Positions 42,324-51,390 are shown, counted from the first letter of the stretch. The stretch is DNA of 64,000 nt from Candidatus Nitrospinota bacterium M3_3B_026 (GCA_051418015.1 JBPRGF010000023.1:64001-128000), one strand, 5' to 3'. The notes: generated by a model from the letters alone, not told the origin. Translations and numbers: made by a program.

Positions 42324-43445
42324 CTATCCGCTCACCAGGCGCATTATGTCGTTGTAGAACGCGAACAGCATGAGGCTGATGAGCAGGAAAAGGCCCACCT
42401 GCTGGGCTATCTCCTGCGCCTTCAGCTGCACCGGCCTGCCGAGCAGCGCCTCGATGGAGAAAAAGACCAGGTGCCCGCCGTCGAGTATCGGGATGGGCAG
42501 AAGGTTCAGTATCCCCAGGTTGATCGAGATTATCGCCAGAAACATCATCAGGTTCACAGCCCCCAGGGACGCGGCCTCCCCGGCTATCTGCATGATGCCG
42601 ATGGGGCCCGCTATCTGGTCCGCCGGTATGTCGCGGTTTATGAGCTTGTAGATCGACCACACGATGAGAACGGTCTTGTCCCATGTCCACTCCACCCCCT
42701 TCACGAACGCCTGGCCGGGCGGATAGCTTTTTATCACCGGGCGGGGGCTCACGCCGATGAGGCCGATAACCAGCGTCTCGCCCTCAAGGGTCTTCACCTC
42801 GCGCCGTTCCGGCGTAACCGTAAGCTCGGCTCTTTCGCCCCCTTCGCGGGACACCTCCACGGTGATAGCCTCTTCCGGCAAGGCGTGTATAGTGTCCCTG
42901 ATCTGATCCCACGAGCCCACGGCGGCGCCGTTTATGGCCTCGATGGTGTCGCCGGGCAGGAAACCGGCCTGGGCGGCGGGCGACTCTTCCTTCACCACTT
43001 CGATGGTCGTGGACGGCCGCTCCGGCACGCCGATCATGGCCGCGCCGGCCACTATGAATATCGCCAGCAGGATGTTGGAGACGGGCCCCGCGGCGACGAT
43101 CATCAGGCGCTTCCATACCGCCTGGCTCAAAAACGAGTCCTCCGCGTCCTCCACGGGGAGGGCCTCCGGGTCGTCGCCGTAAAACTTGACGTAGCCGCCG
43201 AGGGGTATCCAGGAGAGCATGTACTCAGTGTCCCCCCGCCGCCAGCCCGCTATCTTCGGGCCGAAGCCTATGGAAAACTTCTCCACGCGGACGCCCACCA
43301 GCCGGGCGGTGATGAAATGCCCGAACTCGTGGACGACTATCAGGACCGCCAGCGCGGCGATGGCCGACGCGCCGAAGGTGAACCAGCCGTAGAGCCTGTC
43401 GATGGTCACGCCCTCCATGAAGGAGAGCAGGGTATAGACGCTCAT
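42324..43445 (-). CDS. rseP: Intramembrane zinc metalloprotease RseP
   Basis: HEFGH, FSIGFGP, PLGGYVK, a PDZ domain and NLLPIPILDGG. Confidence 0.95.
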   Translation of the reverse strand: MSVYTLLSFMEGVTIDRLYGWFTFGASAIAALAVLIVVHEFGHFITARLVGVRVEKFSIGFGPKIAGWRRGDTEYMLSWIPLGGYVKFYGDDPEALPVEDAEDSFLSQAVWKRLMIVAAGPVSNILLAIFIVAGAAMIGVPERPSTTIEVVKEESPAAQAGFLPGDTIEAINGAAVGSWDQIRDTIHALPEEAITVEVSREGGERAELTVTPERREVKTLEGETLVIGLIGVSPRPVIKSYPPGQAFVKGVEWTWDKTVLIVWSIYKLINRDIPADQIAGPIGIMQIAGEAASLGAVNLMMFLAIISINLGILNLLPIPILDGGHLVFFSIEALLGRPVQLKAQEIAQQVGLFLLISLMLFAFYNDIMRLVSG

Positions 43446-43507
43446 CTCCCGAAAAAAACCTCCTCCTTAAAAACCGCCGCGGGCCGGGAAAAAAAACCCT
43501 TCCGGGA

Positions 43508-44203
43508 TCAGCGAGCCCGGCCCTTCGATATCGCGCGGACGGGCGCTCCCTCGGGGGGCTCGAACCTGAAATCGGACTCTTCGAGGTCCGCGGCCTTGTC
43601 CACGCTGGAGAACCTGATCCTGTTCCTGTTCCCCAGGTGGTCCACCATCAGAAGCTCGATGACGTTCAACGTCCCGCCGTCCAGCGTCAGCAACATGGCC
43701 TTCAGGCCCGGCGCGGGCTCTTTCGGCGTAAGTTTCAGCCTTATCGTCTCCAGTTTACCCGCTTTTCCCGGCGGCGCCAAATCGATCTCGAAGAGGCTGT
43801 CCAGCCTCGCCTCGCCTGCCAGGAAAAGGGCGGGCGAACGCGGGTTCAGGTATCCCTCCAGGGTGTCGAAGTAGACCACGTTCTCCGCCGGGTCATGGAA
43901 CCACAGCCTCTCGCCATCCACCACGAGCCTTCTGCCCTCGGGTTTGTCGTAGTCCCATCTCATCATCGCGGGCTTCAGCATGGCCATGGAGCCCGCGTGT
44001 TTTTCCACGCCGCCGAACCCCTTCGTCTCGACGGTCTGCTCGAAGCGCGCCGTCATGGCCCGCGTCTTGTCGAATGCCCGCTGGACTTTTTCCACGATCT
44101 CTTCGAGCCCAGCCTCCGCCATGGCCTGGGCTGGCAAGAACAGAAGAGCCATAGCCGCAATAGCCGGGGCGATGGTCCGGGGTATGAGCGTTCCGCGGGA
44201 CAA
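43508..44203 (-). CDS. lolA: Outer-membrane lipoprotein carrier LolA
   Basis: Signal peptide; ARFEQ, KPAMMRWDY, VVDGERLWFHDP and FRFEPPEG. Confidence 0.85.
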   Translation of the reverse strand: MSRGTLIPRTIAPAIAAMALLFLPAQAMAEAGLEEIVEKVQRAFDKTRAMTARFEQTVETKGFGGVEKHAGSMAMLKPAMMRWDYDKPEGRRLVVDGERLWFHDPAENVVYFDTLEGYLNPRSPALFLAGEARLDSLFEIDLAPPGKAGKLETIRLKLTPKEPAPGLKAMLLTLDGGTLNVIELLMVDHLGNRNRIRFSSVDKAADLEESDFRFEPPEGAPVRAISKGRAR

Positions 44204-44208
44204 TGGCT

Positions 44209-44820
44209 TTACCGCGCCTGTTTTTCCGGCGGCCGCGCCTCTCCGGCGGCGATCATCCGCACGGCCTCGGGGTATATCTCGTGCTCTTTTTCCAGGATGC
44301 GCGCGCTGAGCGTCTCCACCGTGTCGCCGGGCTCCACGGGGACGGCGGCCTGGGTGATGATCGGCCCGGTGTCCACCCCCTCGTCGACGAAATGGACCGT
44401 CGCGCCGGTGATCCTGACCCCGGCGTCGAGGGCCTGTTTCTGCGCGTCGAGGCCGGGGAAGGAGGGGAGCAGCGCGGGATGTATGTTTATGACCCAGCCG
44501 CCCATCCTGGAAAGGAACTCAGGCGACAGTATCCGCATGAATCCGGCCAGGCATACAAGGTCCGCCCCCGCCTCCTCCACGGCGTCCGCCAGGGCCGAGT
44601 CGAACTCCTCCCGGCTCCTGTATTCCCGCCGTTCTATCACGCGATACGGCGCGCCGTGTTTTCTGGCCCGTTCGATGGCCCCGGCGGCGGGGTTGTCGGT
44701 GAGCAGCAGGACTATCTCCACGTTGAGCCCTCCGGCCTCGCAGGCGTCGATGAGCGCCTGGAAGTTGGACCCCCTCCCGGAGGCCAGCACAGCCAGTTTC
44801 AGCTTGTCATCCCGCGGCAT
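44209..44820 (-). CDS. purN: Phosphoribosylglycinamide formyltransferase
   Basis: LASGRGSNFQAL, LAGFMRIL, INIHPALLP and GATVHFVDEGVDTGPII. Confidence 0.96.
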   Translation of the reverse strand: MPRDDKLKLAVLASGRGSNFQALIDACEAGGLNVEIVLLLTDNPAAGAIERARKHGAPYRVIERREYRSREEFDSALADAVEEAGADLVCLAGFMRILSPEFLSRMGGWVINIHPALLPSFPGLDAQKQALDAGVRITGATVHFVDEGVDTGPIITQAAVPVEPGDTVETLSARILEKEHEIYPEAVRMIAAGEARPPEKQAR

Positions 44821-46900
44821 GGCTTCTCGCCCGGCTTTTTCCGGAGGTTTTGCGCTCCTCGCGCTCTTTTATCTTCCTGATGAGGGCTATGTTCTGGGTG
44901 TGGCCGCTTTTCCTGGCGATGAACCTGCCGCGTATCGGGCGGCCGAGCAGGTACAGGTCGCCTATAAGGTCGAGTATCTTGTGCCTGGCGGGCTCGTCGG
45001 GGAACCGCAGGGGGGTGTTCACCACCTTCTCGTCGTCTATCAGGATGACGTTGGACAGCTTGCCGCCCGAGGCCAGGCCCGCCTCCTCGAGCTTTTTGAT
45101 GTCCTTCAAAAAGCCGAAGGTGCGGGCGGGGGCTATGGTCTCCTTGTAACGCTCGCCGGACTCGTAGATGTACTCGTAGCGCTGCCTGCCGATTGGCGGG
45201 GGATAATCCAGGTAATAGTCCACGGAAAAACCGTCCGAAGGCTCCACGGCGAGGTACGGCCCCTCCTCCGGGTCGCCCACGGATATGCGCTCCGTTATCA
45301 CGATCTCCTCCACGGCCCCGTCCTGCTCTACTATCTCGCTGTTCTCTATGATCTGGCAGAAATCCAGGGCGGAGCCGTCCATGATGGGCGCCTCGTCGCC
45401 GATCTTTATCAGCGCGTTGGTTATCCTGTAGCTTGCCATGGCGGACATGATGTGCTCTATGGTCTTGATGGTGACGCTGCCGTTGGAGAGCGTCGTCGCG
45501 TATTCCGTCGACCGGACGTTCTCCAGCAGGGCGGGGACGTGGGCGCCGGTGCTGATGTCCCCGAAGATTATGCCTGAGTCCGGCGGCAGCGGAGAGAGGA
45601 TCAGGCCGGTCTTGATCCCCGAATGCAGCCCATGGCCGCAGAGCACCATAGAGTTTTTCAACGTCCTCTGGGGAATCCCGCCCGCCCCGCCGGACGAGAC
45701 GAGGGGAAGCTGGGCTGAGCCGGTCTTTCTCTTTCTTTTGCTCCTCTTTTTCCGCGCCGGCGGTTTCAGCTCCGCGGTGGGGATGTGGTCTTTCGTCAGG
45801 ACCGGCCCGTCACAGGCCAGCACCCCCTGCTCCAGGACGCTTTTGAGCTGCCTTACGTTCTCCGGCCATTCCGCCTCGGTGAGAATCTCCAGCGCCTCTT
45901 CGTCCACGCTCTCTATGCTCCTGCCGAACTCCTCGAGCATCTCCTCCATGAACTGCTCCACGTAGTCCGGGATGTCCTCCCTTCGCTCCCTCAAGGGCGG
46001 AAGCTTTATAACCGGCCCGGGGAAAAGCGCCGCCAGGGGCTCCGACAGGGCGCCATTTTTCGCCGGGGCGCCCCGGGGCGTTCCCGCCATGTCCATGGAG
46101 GCTATTATCACGGCCCCAGGCTCCGCCCCTTCGCCGTTTTTGGCCTCCCTGGTCAGTATCTCGACGAGTCTTTTCTGGGCGACGGCGGGCAGCTTTTCCA
46201 GCTTGTCGAAAAAGATCGTGCCTCCTTCCGCCAGCTCGAACTTGGACATGTCCCCGGCGTCCTCCTCGAGGAGTGTGGCCTCGACCCCCTCCCGCGCCAT
46301 GACCTCGCAGGATATCTCTATAAAGGGCCTGTCCCGCCGCTCCGACAGGTTGTGGATCATCCTGGCGGCGAATTTTTTCCCCAGGCCCGGCTCGCCCACG
46401 ACAAGGATGGGGCCCGGCTCGCCCGCGGCTTTCCGGAACATGCGGCGCGCTTTCTTGGCCTCCCGCGAGGAGCCGATGAACTGTTTTTCCACCGTCGAGG
46501 CGAGGTCGCCCCTGTTCGCCGCGACGCGCGCCTTCCTGTTCCTGAGGGCCGCGGCGACGGTCCTGAGGATGACGTCCAGCGAGAAGGGCTTCTCGATGAA
46601 ATCGAACGCCCCGAATTTCGTGGCCTTGACGGCGGTCTCTATGGTGCCGTGTCCGCTCATCATCACCACCTCGGCCCCCGCGTCCAGCTTCTTCAGTATC
46701 TTCAGCGTCTGGATGCCGTCTATGCCGGGGACCCATATGTCCAGCAACACGAGGTCCGGCGCGTCGGACTGGATCATGCGCAGGGCCGTCTCCCCGTCGG
46801 CGGCGAGGGAAACCTGGTACCCTTCGTCGGTCAGTATCTCCTTCAGGGCGGTTCTTATGTTCTCCTCGTCGTCTACGACGATTATTCTTCCTTTTCTCAT
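44807..46900 (-). CDS. lpxC: Fusion of NtrX-like receiver, degenerate sigma54-type AAA+ domain and LpxC deacetylase
   Basis: REC: VVDDE, LLD54IW, MMSGHG, FIEKPF. AAA-like: GEPGLGKK, LPPLRERREDIP, WPENVRQL. LpxC from residue 411: QRTL, GLHSG, TIEH, PIMDGSA, ARTFGF, RHKILDLIGD, KSGH. Confidence 0.9.
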   Translation of the reverse strand: MRKGRIIVVDDEENIRTALKEILTDEGYQVSLAADGETALRMIQSDAPDLVLLDIWVPGIDGIQTLKILKKLDAGAEVVMMSGHGTIETAVKATKFGAFDFIEKPFSLDVILRTVAAALRNRKARVAANRGDLASTVEKQFIGSSREAKKARRMFRKAAGEPGPILVVGEPGLGKKFAARMIHNLSERRDRPFIEISCEVMAREGVEATLLEEDAGDMSKFELAEGGTIFFDKLEKLPAVAQKRLVEILTREAKNGEGAEPGAVIIASMDMAGTPRGAPAKNGALSEPLAALFPGPVIKLPPLRERREDIPDYVEQFMEEMLEEFGRSIESVDEEALEILTEAEWPENVRQLKSVLEQGVLACDGPVLTKDHIPTAELKPPARKKRSKRKRKTGSAQLPLVSSGGAGGIPQRTLKNSMVLCGHGLHSGIKTGLILSPLPPDSGIIFGDISTGAHVPALLENVRSTEYATTLSNGSVTIKTIEHIMSAMASYRITNALIKIGDEAPIMDGSALDFCQIIENSEIVEQDGAVEEIVITERISVGDPEEGPYLAVEPSDGFSVDYYLDYPPPIGRQRYEYIYESGERYKETIAPARTFGFLKDIKKLEEAGLASGGKLSNVILIDDEKVVNTPLRFPDEPARHKILDLIGDLYLLGRPIRGRFIARKSGHTQNIALIRKIKEREERKTSGKSRARSHAAG

Positions 46901-46958
46901 AACAGGCGTCCGGCAGGGTGTTTATGCGCTTTCCTCACGCGCTCATGGAATTTTAGCA

Positions 46959-49298
46959 TCATTCCATGGGCAGTTCGATCGTAAACACCGTCCCCGCCGC
47001 GCCATTTTCCCCGACTCTTATGGCGCCGCCGTGATCCTCCACCACCCTGCTCACGATGGCAAGGCCCAGCCCCGCGCCGTTAGGTTTCGTGGAGAAGTGG
47101 GGCAGGAATATCCTCTTCTTGACACCCTCCTCCATCCCGTGGCCCGTGTCGGCGATCTCGAGGATCACCTTCCGCTCGTTCTCCCGCCAGGCTGTGCGGA
47201 TGGTGATGGAGCCCTCGCCGTCCATGGCGTCCATGGCGTTCTCCACAAGGTTGACGATGACCCTTTTGATCTGCTCCGAGTCTATGTTCACAAGCTGCAC
47301 GGCCGGGTCCAGCTCCGTCCGCAGTGTCACCCGCGGCCTTGTCCCCTTGTACAGCTTCACCACCTCGAATATCACGTCGTGGAGCATGCTGGGCCTGGGG
47401 TCCAGCTTGAAGAACTCCACCCCGTCCCCGCCAGCCTCCGGCGGCCTGGGGTCCGTCGCCGGCCTCGCCAGGCTTGTGAACTTCTCCACCAGGGTTTTCA
47501 GTTCGTCCACCTCCTGTATGATGGCGTTCGTGGCGTCGTCGAAGACCTTCGGGAAATCGGCGGCCCCCGCCTCGAACTTGCGCCGCATCCTCTGGGCGTT
47601 GAGCTGGATGGGCGTGAGGGGATTTTTTATTTCATGGGCCACTACCCTGGCCATCTCCCGCCAGGCCATGGCGCGCTGGGCGGCGAGGATATCCGTGATG
47701 TCGTCGAAGACTATGACCACACCCATGTACTGGCCGTTCTGGTCCATGAGCACGGAGACGCTCAGCTTCATCGTCACCCGCTTGCCGTTCAGGGTGATCT
47801 CCACCTCCCTGTCCAGGGTGGTCTTGTCCATGTCGTTCATGTCGCGGATCATCCTCCGCACCGGGGCCAGCAGGCCCGCCTCGAACAGCTTGCGGTAGTT
47901 TCCTCCGCGGGCCTTCTCCGCGCTCACGCCCAGCATGGCCGCGGCGGAGCCGTTGATGGTGGTGACGTTTCCGGCCTTGTCGATGGATATGACGCCGCCC
48001 GCCACGTTCTGGAGCACGGCCTCCATGTACTGGCCCCAGCGGCTCATCTCGATGTTGGATTCCGTCAGCTCCTTGTTGGCCCGTTCGAGCTGCTCCTTGA
48101 AGTTCTTGAGGTCGGCGGTCATCTTGTTGAAAGCGCGCACGAGCTGGCCCGCCTCGTCGTCCTTGACGGGGGCGTCGATCCTGACGTCCAGGTCGCCGGC
48201 GGCGACTTTCTCGGTGGCCTCGGACAAAAGCCGCAGGGGGACGGTTATCCCCTTGGCCAGGTAGAAGCCTATCCAGATGGCCGAGAAGACGATGACCAGC
48301 GCCACCAGGGCGAGGGTGACCTGGTAGGAGGCCTTTATTATCTCCTTTTTCAGGGTGAGCTGTTTGTAGTCCTCGAAGGCGTGGGTGATCGACCTGGCCT
48401 TGTCGATGAGCCTCTTCGCGCTCTCCCTGGCGACAAGGACCACCCCCCGCGGCTGGACGGCGGAGCTTCCCGCCAGTTGTATGGGCGCAAGGGAGAAGAC
48501 CATGTTAACCTCGCGGTTGTCCTGGATCTTGGTCACCGTCTCCCCGACGGCGACGCTGGCCAACACATCGAGGTTCTCGTCCATGTCGAACGTCACGCCC
48601 GAGCCCGGCCGCGAAGCCTCGGCCACCAGCTCGTAATTCTCGTTATAGACCTGTATCAGGTCGGCGTCGTACTCCTGTGTCTTCTGGCGGATGAGCCTTC
48701 TCAACCCCGCGCCCAGCCTGGGGTCCAGGAGCCCCCTCTTATTGACAAGGCCCGCAAGGTACATGGCTTTCCGGCGGGATTCCTCCTCCGACTCGCGGTA
48801 CATGCTCTCGGCGATCTGGAGCGAGTCCCTGAGGTTGCGCTCGATCCTGGTGTTTATCCACTTGTCCACCATGTCGCCCAGCAGCTCCGAGGCCACGGCG
48901 AACATCAGCGTCGAGGGTATCAGCGTCATCGCCAGGAACGCCAGCACCAGCTTCGTCTGGAACCTGGCCCCGGCTATCTTGCCCCTCCGCTCGAAGTGCA
49001 GCTTTATGAGGTTCCTTATCACCAGCAGGACCATGACGACCAGCAGGATGACGTTCAGGTTCAGCACCAGCGCCACGGCTATGTGGTTGGAGATGGGAGC
49101 GTCCACGCCGGTGTCCTGCAGCAGGATGGAGGCCACTGTCATCGAGACCAGCAGCAGAACCGCCGCTATGATGACGTAGCGGGTGTTTTTCTTCCTGCGG
49201 GCGGCTATGTCGTTCGGGTCCAGCTCGTCCCGGCGGCTTGGGACAACCGTCCACTTAAGCAGGCTGAGCAGGCGTTTTATGGCGTATCGCAGGGTCAT
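46959..49298 (-). CDS. ntrY: NtrY-like membrane sensor histidine kinase (HAMP, PAS, HisKA, HATPase)
   Basis: N-terminal TM helices, a periplasmic domain, a HAMP domain, AWREMARVVAHEIKNPLTPIQL, DTGHG and GLGLAIV. Confidence 0.85.
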   Translation of the reverse strand: MTLRYAIKRLLSLLKWTVVPSRRDELDPNDIAARRKKNTRYVIIAAVLLLVSMTVASILLQDTGVDAPISNHIAVALVLNLNVILLVVMVLLVIRNLIKLHFERRGKIAGARFQTKLVLAFLAMTLIPSTLMFAVASELLGDMVDKWINTRIERNLRDSLQIAESMYRESEEESRRKAMYLAGLVNKRGLLDPRLGAGLRRLIRQKTQEYDADLIQVYNENYELVAEASRPGSGVTFDMDENLDVLASVAVGETVTKIQDNREVNMVFSLAPIQLAGSSAVQPRGVVLVARESAKRLIDKARSITHAFEDYKQLTLKKEIIKASYQVTLALVALVIVFSAIWIGFYLAKGITVPLRLLSEATEKVAAGDLDVRIDAPVKDDEAGQLVRAFNKMTADLKNFKEQLERANKELTESNIEMSRWGQYMEAVLQNVAGGVISIDKAGNVTTINGSAAAMLGVSAEKARGGNYRKLFEAGLLAPVRRMIRDMNDMDKTTLDREVEITLNGKRVTMKLSVSVLMDQNGQYMGVVIVFDDITDILAAQRAMAWREMARVVAHEIKNPLTPIQLNAQRMRRKFEAGAADFPKVFDDATNAIIQEVDELKTLVEKFTSLARPATDPRPPEAGGDGVEFFKLDPRPSMLHDVIFEVVKLYKGTRPRVTLRTELDPAVQLVNIDSEQIKRVIVNLVENAMDAMDGEGSITIRTAWRENERKVILEIADTGHGMEEGVKKRIFLPHFSTKPNGAGLGLAIVSRVVEDHGGAIRVGENGAAGTVFTIELPME

Positions 49299-49320
49299 GG
49301 CGCCGTCCCTCCGGCATGGA

Positions 49321-50028
49321 TCAGCCGCCGCCGGCCCCTCCCGCCGGCGCGGCCTCTTCTATGGTGAAGGTGGTGGACGAGCCCCATTCGGTGTCGAAGT
49401 CCCAGAGCGTGAGGAAAAAGAGTATGTAGTTGAACGGGGGTATGAGTTTTATGGATTTCATTTCGCATCTTACCCGAGCGTAATACCTCGCGCCGGGGCT
49501 CATCTCTCTCACCTGGCCGAGGTCTATCTTCTCGAGGCGCGCCATCCAGCGCCGCAGCTCGGCTTTGTCTTTTATGATAACAGGATCCATCGCCTTTTTC
49601 GCCTCGCCGTCTTCCGGGGAGGGGTTCTCCTTGTCACCCCCGTTCTTGTACTCCAGCCAGGCGGCCTCCGCGCCGAAATCTATCTCGCCCGCGTTTTCGG
49701 CCCGTTTCTCCCACGTCAGGTATTCTTTTTTCAGCGTGTCGAACTTCACCATGCGCTTTATGGCGAGCTTCCGGACCGTCTCGTTCCACAGTATCGGCCT
49801 GCGCCTTTTGAGCTGAAGGAAATACGTGAAGGTCACGGGCGTTCCGCTCTCTATCGTCTCCACGATTTCGGGGGTGAACGCGCCTTTTATGGATGCGGAT
49901 ATATAGACCCGGTCCGGAGAGGGCTCGCGGACGACGTCCAGGACAAAGGCCTCCCCGGAGACGGCCTCGGACGAGGACGCCGGGATCACGAAAAACAGCA
50001 ATAAAGCGCAGGCCGCGAACCGCCACAC
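49321..50028 (-). CDS. DUF4390-like periplasmic protein
   Basis: Signal peptide; IESGTPVTFTY...W; C-terminal LIPPFNYILFF..WDFDTEW. Sits in the position typical of this family, upstream of ntrY. Confidence 0.7.
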   Translation of the reverse strand: MWRFAACALLLFFVIPASSSEAVSGEAFVLDVVREPSPDRVYISASIKGAFTPEIVETIESGTPVTFTYFLQLKRRRPILWNETVRKLAIKRMVKFDTLKKEYLTWEKRAENAGEIDFGAEAAWLEYKNGGDKENPSPEDGEAKKAMDPVIIKDKAELRRWMARLEKIDLGQVREMSPGARYYARVRCEMKSIKLIPPFNYILFFLTLWDFDTEWGSSTTFTIEEAAPAGGAGGG

Positions 50029-50208
50029 TTGGGGAAACCTCTTTATCAGGTGGAATATATTTTTTAATTCAATATGTTATATGAAGGTGGAGCTATGTTC
50101 AAGATTATAGCGCCGCCGCAAGGACCACCGGCCGGGGAGCGCCGGGGCTTGACCTGCGCGCATTTCGGGAGGGAGCGCGGCACGGCCGGCGGCGTAAAAC
50201 GCCCGGCT

Positions 50209-50472
50209 TTACAGGGCGGCGGTAAGGGTTATCGCCACCACCAGCTTCAGGAATACGGCCAGCATTATCGGGGCCAGGATGTATATTATGGATCCCTCTT
50301 CCCCATGCCCGGCGGCGCCGGAATATGTGTATTTCCAGGAATCCTCGCCATCTAACATCTTTGCAAGCATCTTTGCAGGTCCAGTGAAAAACGGGGATAA
50401 AAGTCCTTCCATCATGCCCCAGCATAGGTGCAAAACGCTGGCCACAATTATAAAACCATAATATTCAAACAT
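50209..50472 (-). CDS. 87-aa two-TM hypothetical protein in an AT-richer segment
   Basis: MFEYYGFIIVASVLHLCWG...IIYILAPIMLAVFLKLVVAITLTAAL, the 3' part of track ORF 50209..50598. Confidence 0.45.
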   Translation of the reverse strand: MFEYYGFIIVASVLHLCWGMMEGLLSPFFTGPAKMLAKMLDGEDSWKYTYSGAAGHGEEGSIIYILAPIMLAVFLKLVVAITLTAAL

Positions 50473-50621
50473 ATAGCCGCGCAACAGGAACAGGCGCGTA
50501 TGAAATAGTACACATGAAAGGCGGGTGGTGTATGAGAAATGGCACAATAGAACGGCCCTTGGGGAGATATCCTCGGCTATGCCGGACAGGACAGCCACAG
50601 CCCTCCGGCCTGGAAAGCAAC

Positions 50622-50696
50622 AGGGAAACCCCCCTTTTAAGCCGCCGGGGGCTACCTTTTCTGACCGGCGGCAGACCGATTCGAGAGGGTTTCCCT
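50622..50696. other. Long interrupted hairpin (possible terminator or structured RNA)
   Basis: Outer stem AGGGAAACCC/GGGTTTCCCT and inner stem GCCGCCGG (50641-48)/CCGGCGGC (50665-72). Confidence 0.5.
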
Positions 50697-50718
50697 TTTC
50701 AAACGTCCCGGCGCGATG

Positions 50719-50868
50719 TCATGCGAACATTACCACCATCGCCACGATGAGCATGATAAGAGCCATAAGGCCCTCCACCATCTCCATCACCGACTCCTGC
50801 TCCGGGTGGCTCATCCATGACATCTTGCCTTTTCTCTTGACGCGTCCTGCCATAGCGGCCATTCTCAT
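50719..50868 (-). CDS. 49-aa Met-rich membrane microprotein (not in ORF track)
   Basis: AAGGAGG SD; MRMAAMAGRVKRKGKMSWMSHPEQESVMEMVEGLMALIMLIVAMVVMFA. Confidence 0.6.
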   Translation of the reverse strand: MRMAAMAGRVKRKGKMSWMSHPEQESVMEMVEGLMALIMLIVAMVVMFA

Positions 50869-50878
50869 GCCTCCTTTT

Positions 50879-51019
50879 CTACAGCCCGGCGAACACCATG
50901 CCCAGCACGATCACACCGAGCAACACGGCGGCGGCCCCGGCCATCAGGTAGACACCGCCTAAAATGTAATAGCTCTCGTACAGATGACGCCTGTCTTCGG
51001 GATGCGTTATGATTCTCAT
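50879..51019 (-). CDS. 46-aa membrane microprotein (not in ORF track)
   Basis: AAGGAGGT SD; MRIITHPEDRRHLYESYYILGGVYLMAGAAAVLLGVIVLGMVFAGL. Confidence 0.65.
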   Translation of the reverse strand: MRIITHPEDRRHLYESYYILGGVYLMAGAAAVLLGVIVLGMVFAGL

Positions 51020-51047
51020 TTATCCTTACCTCCTTGTTCCAAAGGCG

Positions 51048-51272
51048 TCAGCCGAAGAAGCTGGGGGGCGGCTTTTTCCTCTTCTTCCTCCCGCCTTCGT
51101 CCTTTTCCTTTTCTCCGCGCTCCTTTTCCCGGAGAGCGCGCCTTTCCTTGCCGTCCCAATACTCGCCATTGCCGAGGAGGACGCCGCTCTTCCTGGCGAT
51201 GTCGATTATGGACATCTTCCGCCTTTCCTTTTTCTTCTCCTTCGGCTCTTTCTCCGTGGCTGAAGCCATCAA
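51048..51272 (-). CDS. Small, highly charged Lys/Arg/Glu-rich protein
   Basis: GGAGGTGA SD upstream; 73-74 aa; first gene of the small-ORF run. Confidence 0.6.
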   Translation of the reverse strand: MMASATEKEPKEKKKERRKMSIIDIARKSGVLLGNGEYWDGKERRALREKERGEKEKDEGGRKKRKKPPPSFFG

Positions 51273-51390
51273 CCGTCACCTCCCTTCTTACATATAATAT
51301 CGGTCCGGAAACGCCGCATGGCAAACCCGCGCCGCGGACCTTTGGGCCGCAACTTCCTGATATTGCTGAGGTTGCCCCAGGGGCCTGATT

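Noticed and set aside
45972..49367. 1131-aa plus-strand ORF and other long antisense ORFs (2321..4519, 21924..24443, 43637..45577, 61117..63330)
   Set aside because: They are shadow frames opposite well-supported genes in GC-rich DNA and carry no recognisable motifs.
50622..50696. Hairpin as SRP RNA, 6S RNA or a c-di-GMP riboswitch
   Set aside because: It lacks the SRP CAGG-CCGGAAGG-AGCAG core and the GEMM motifs, and is too short for 6S.
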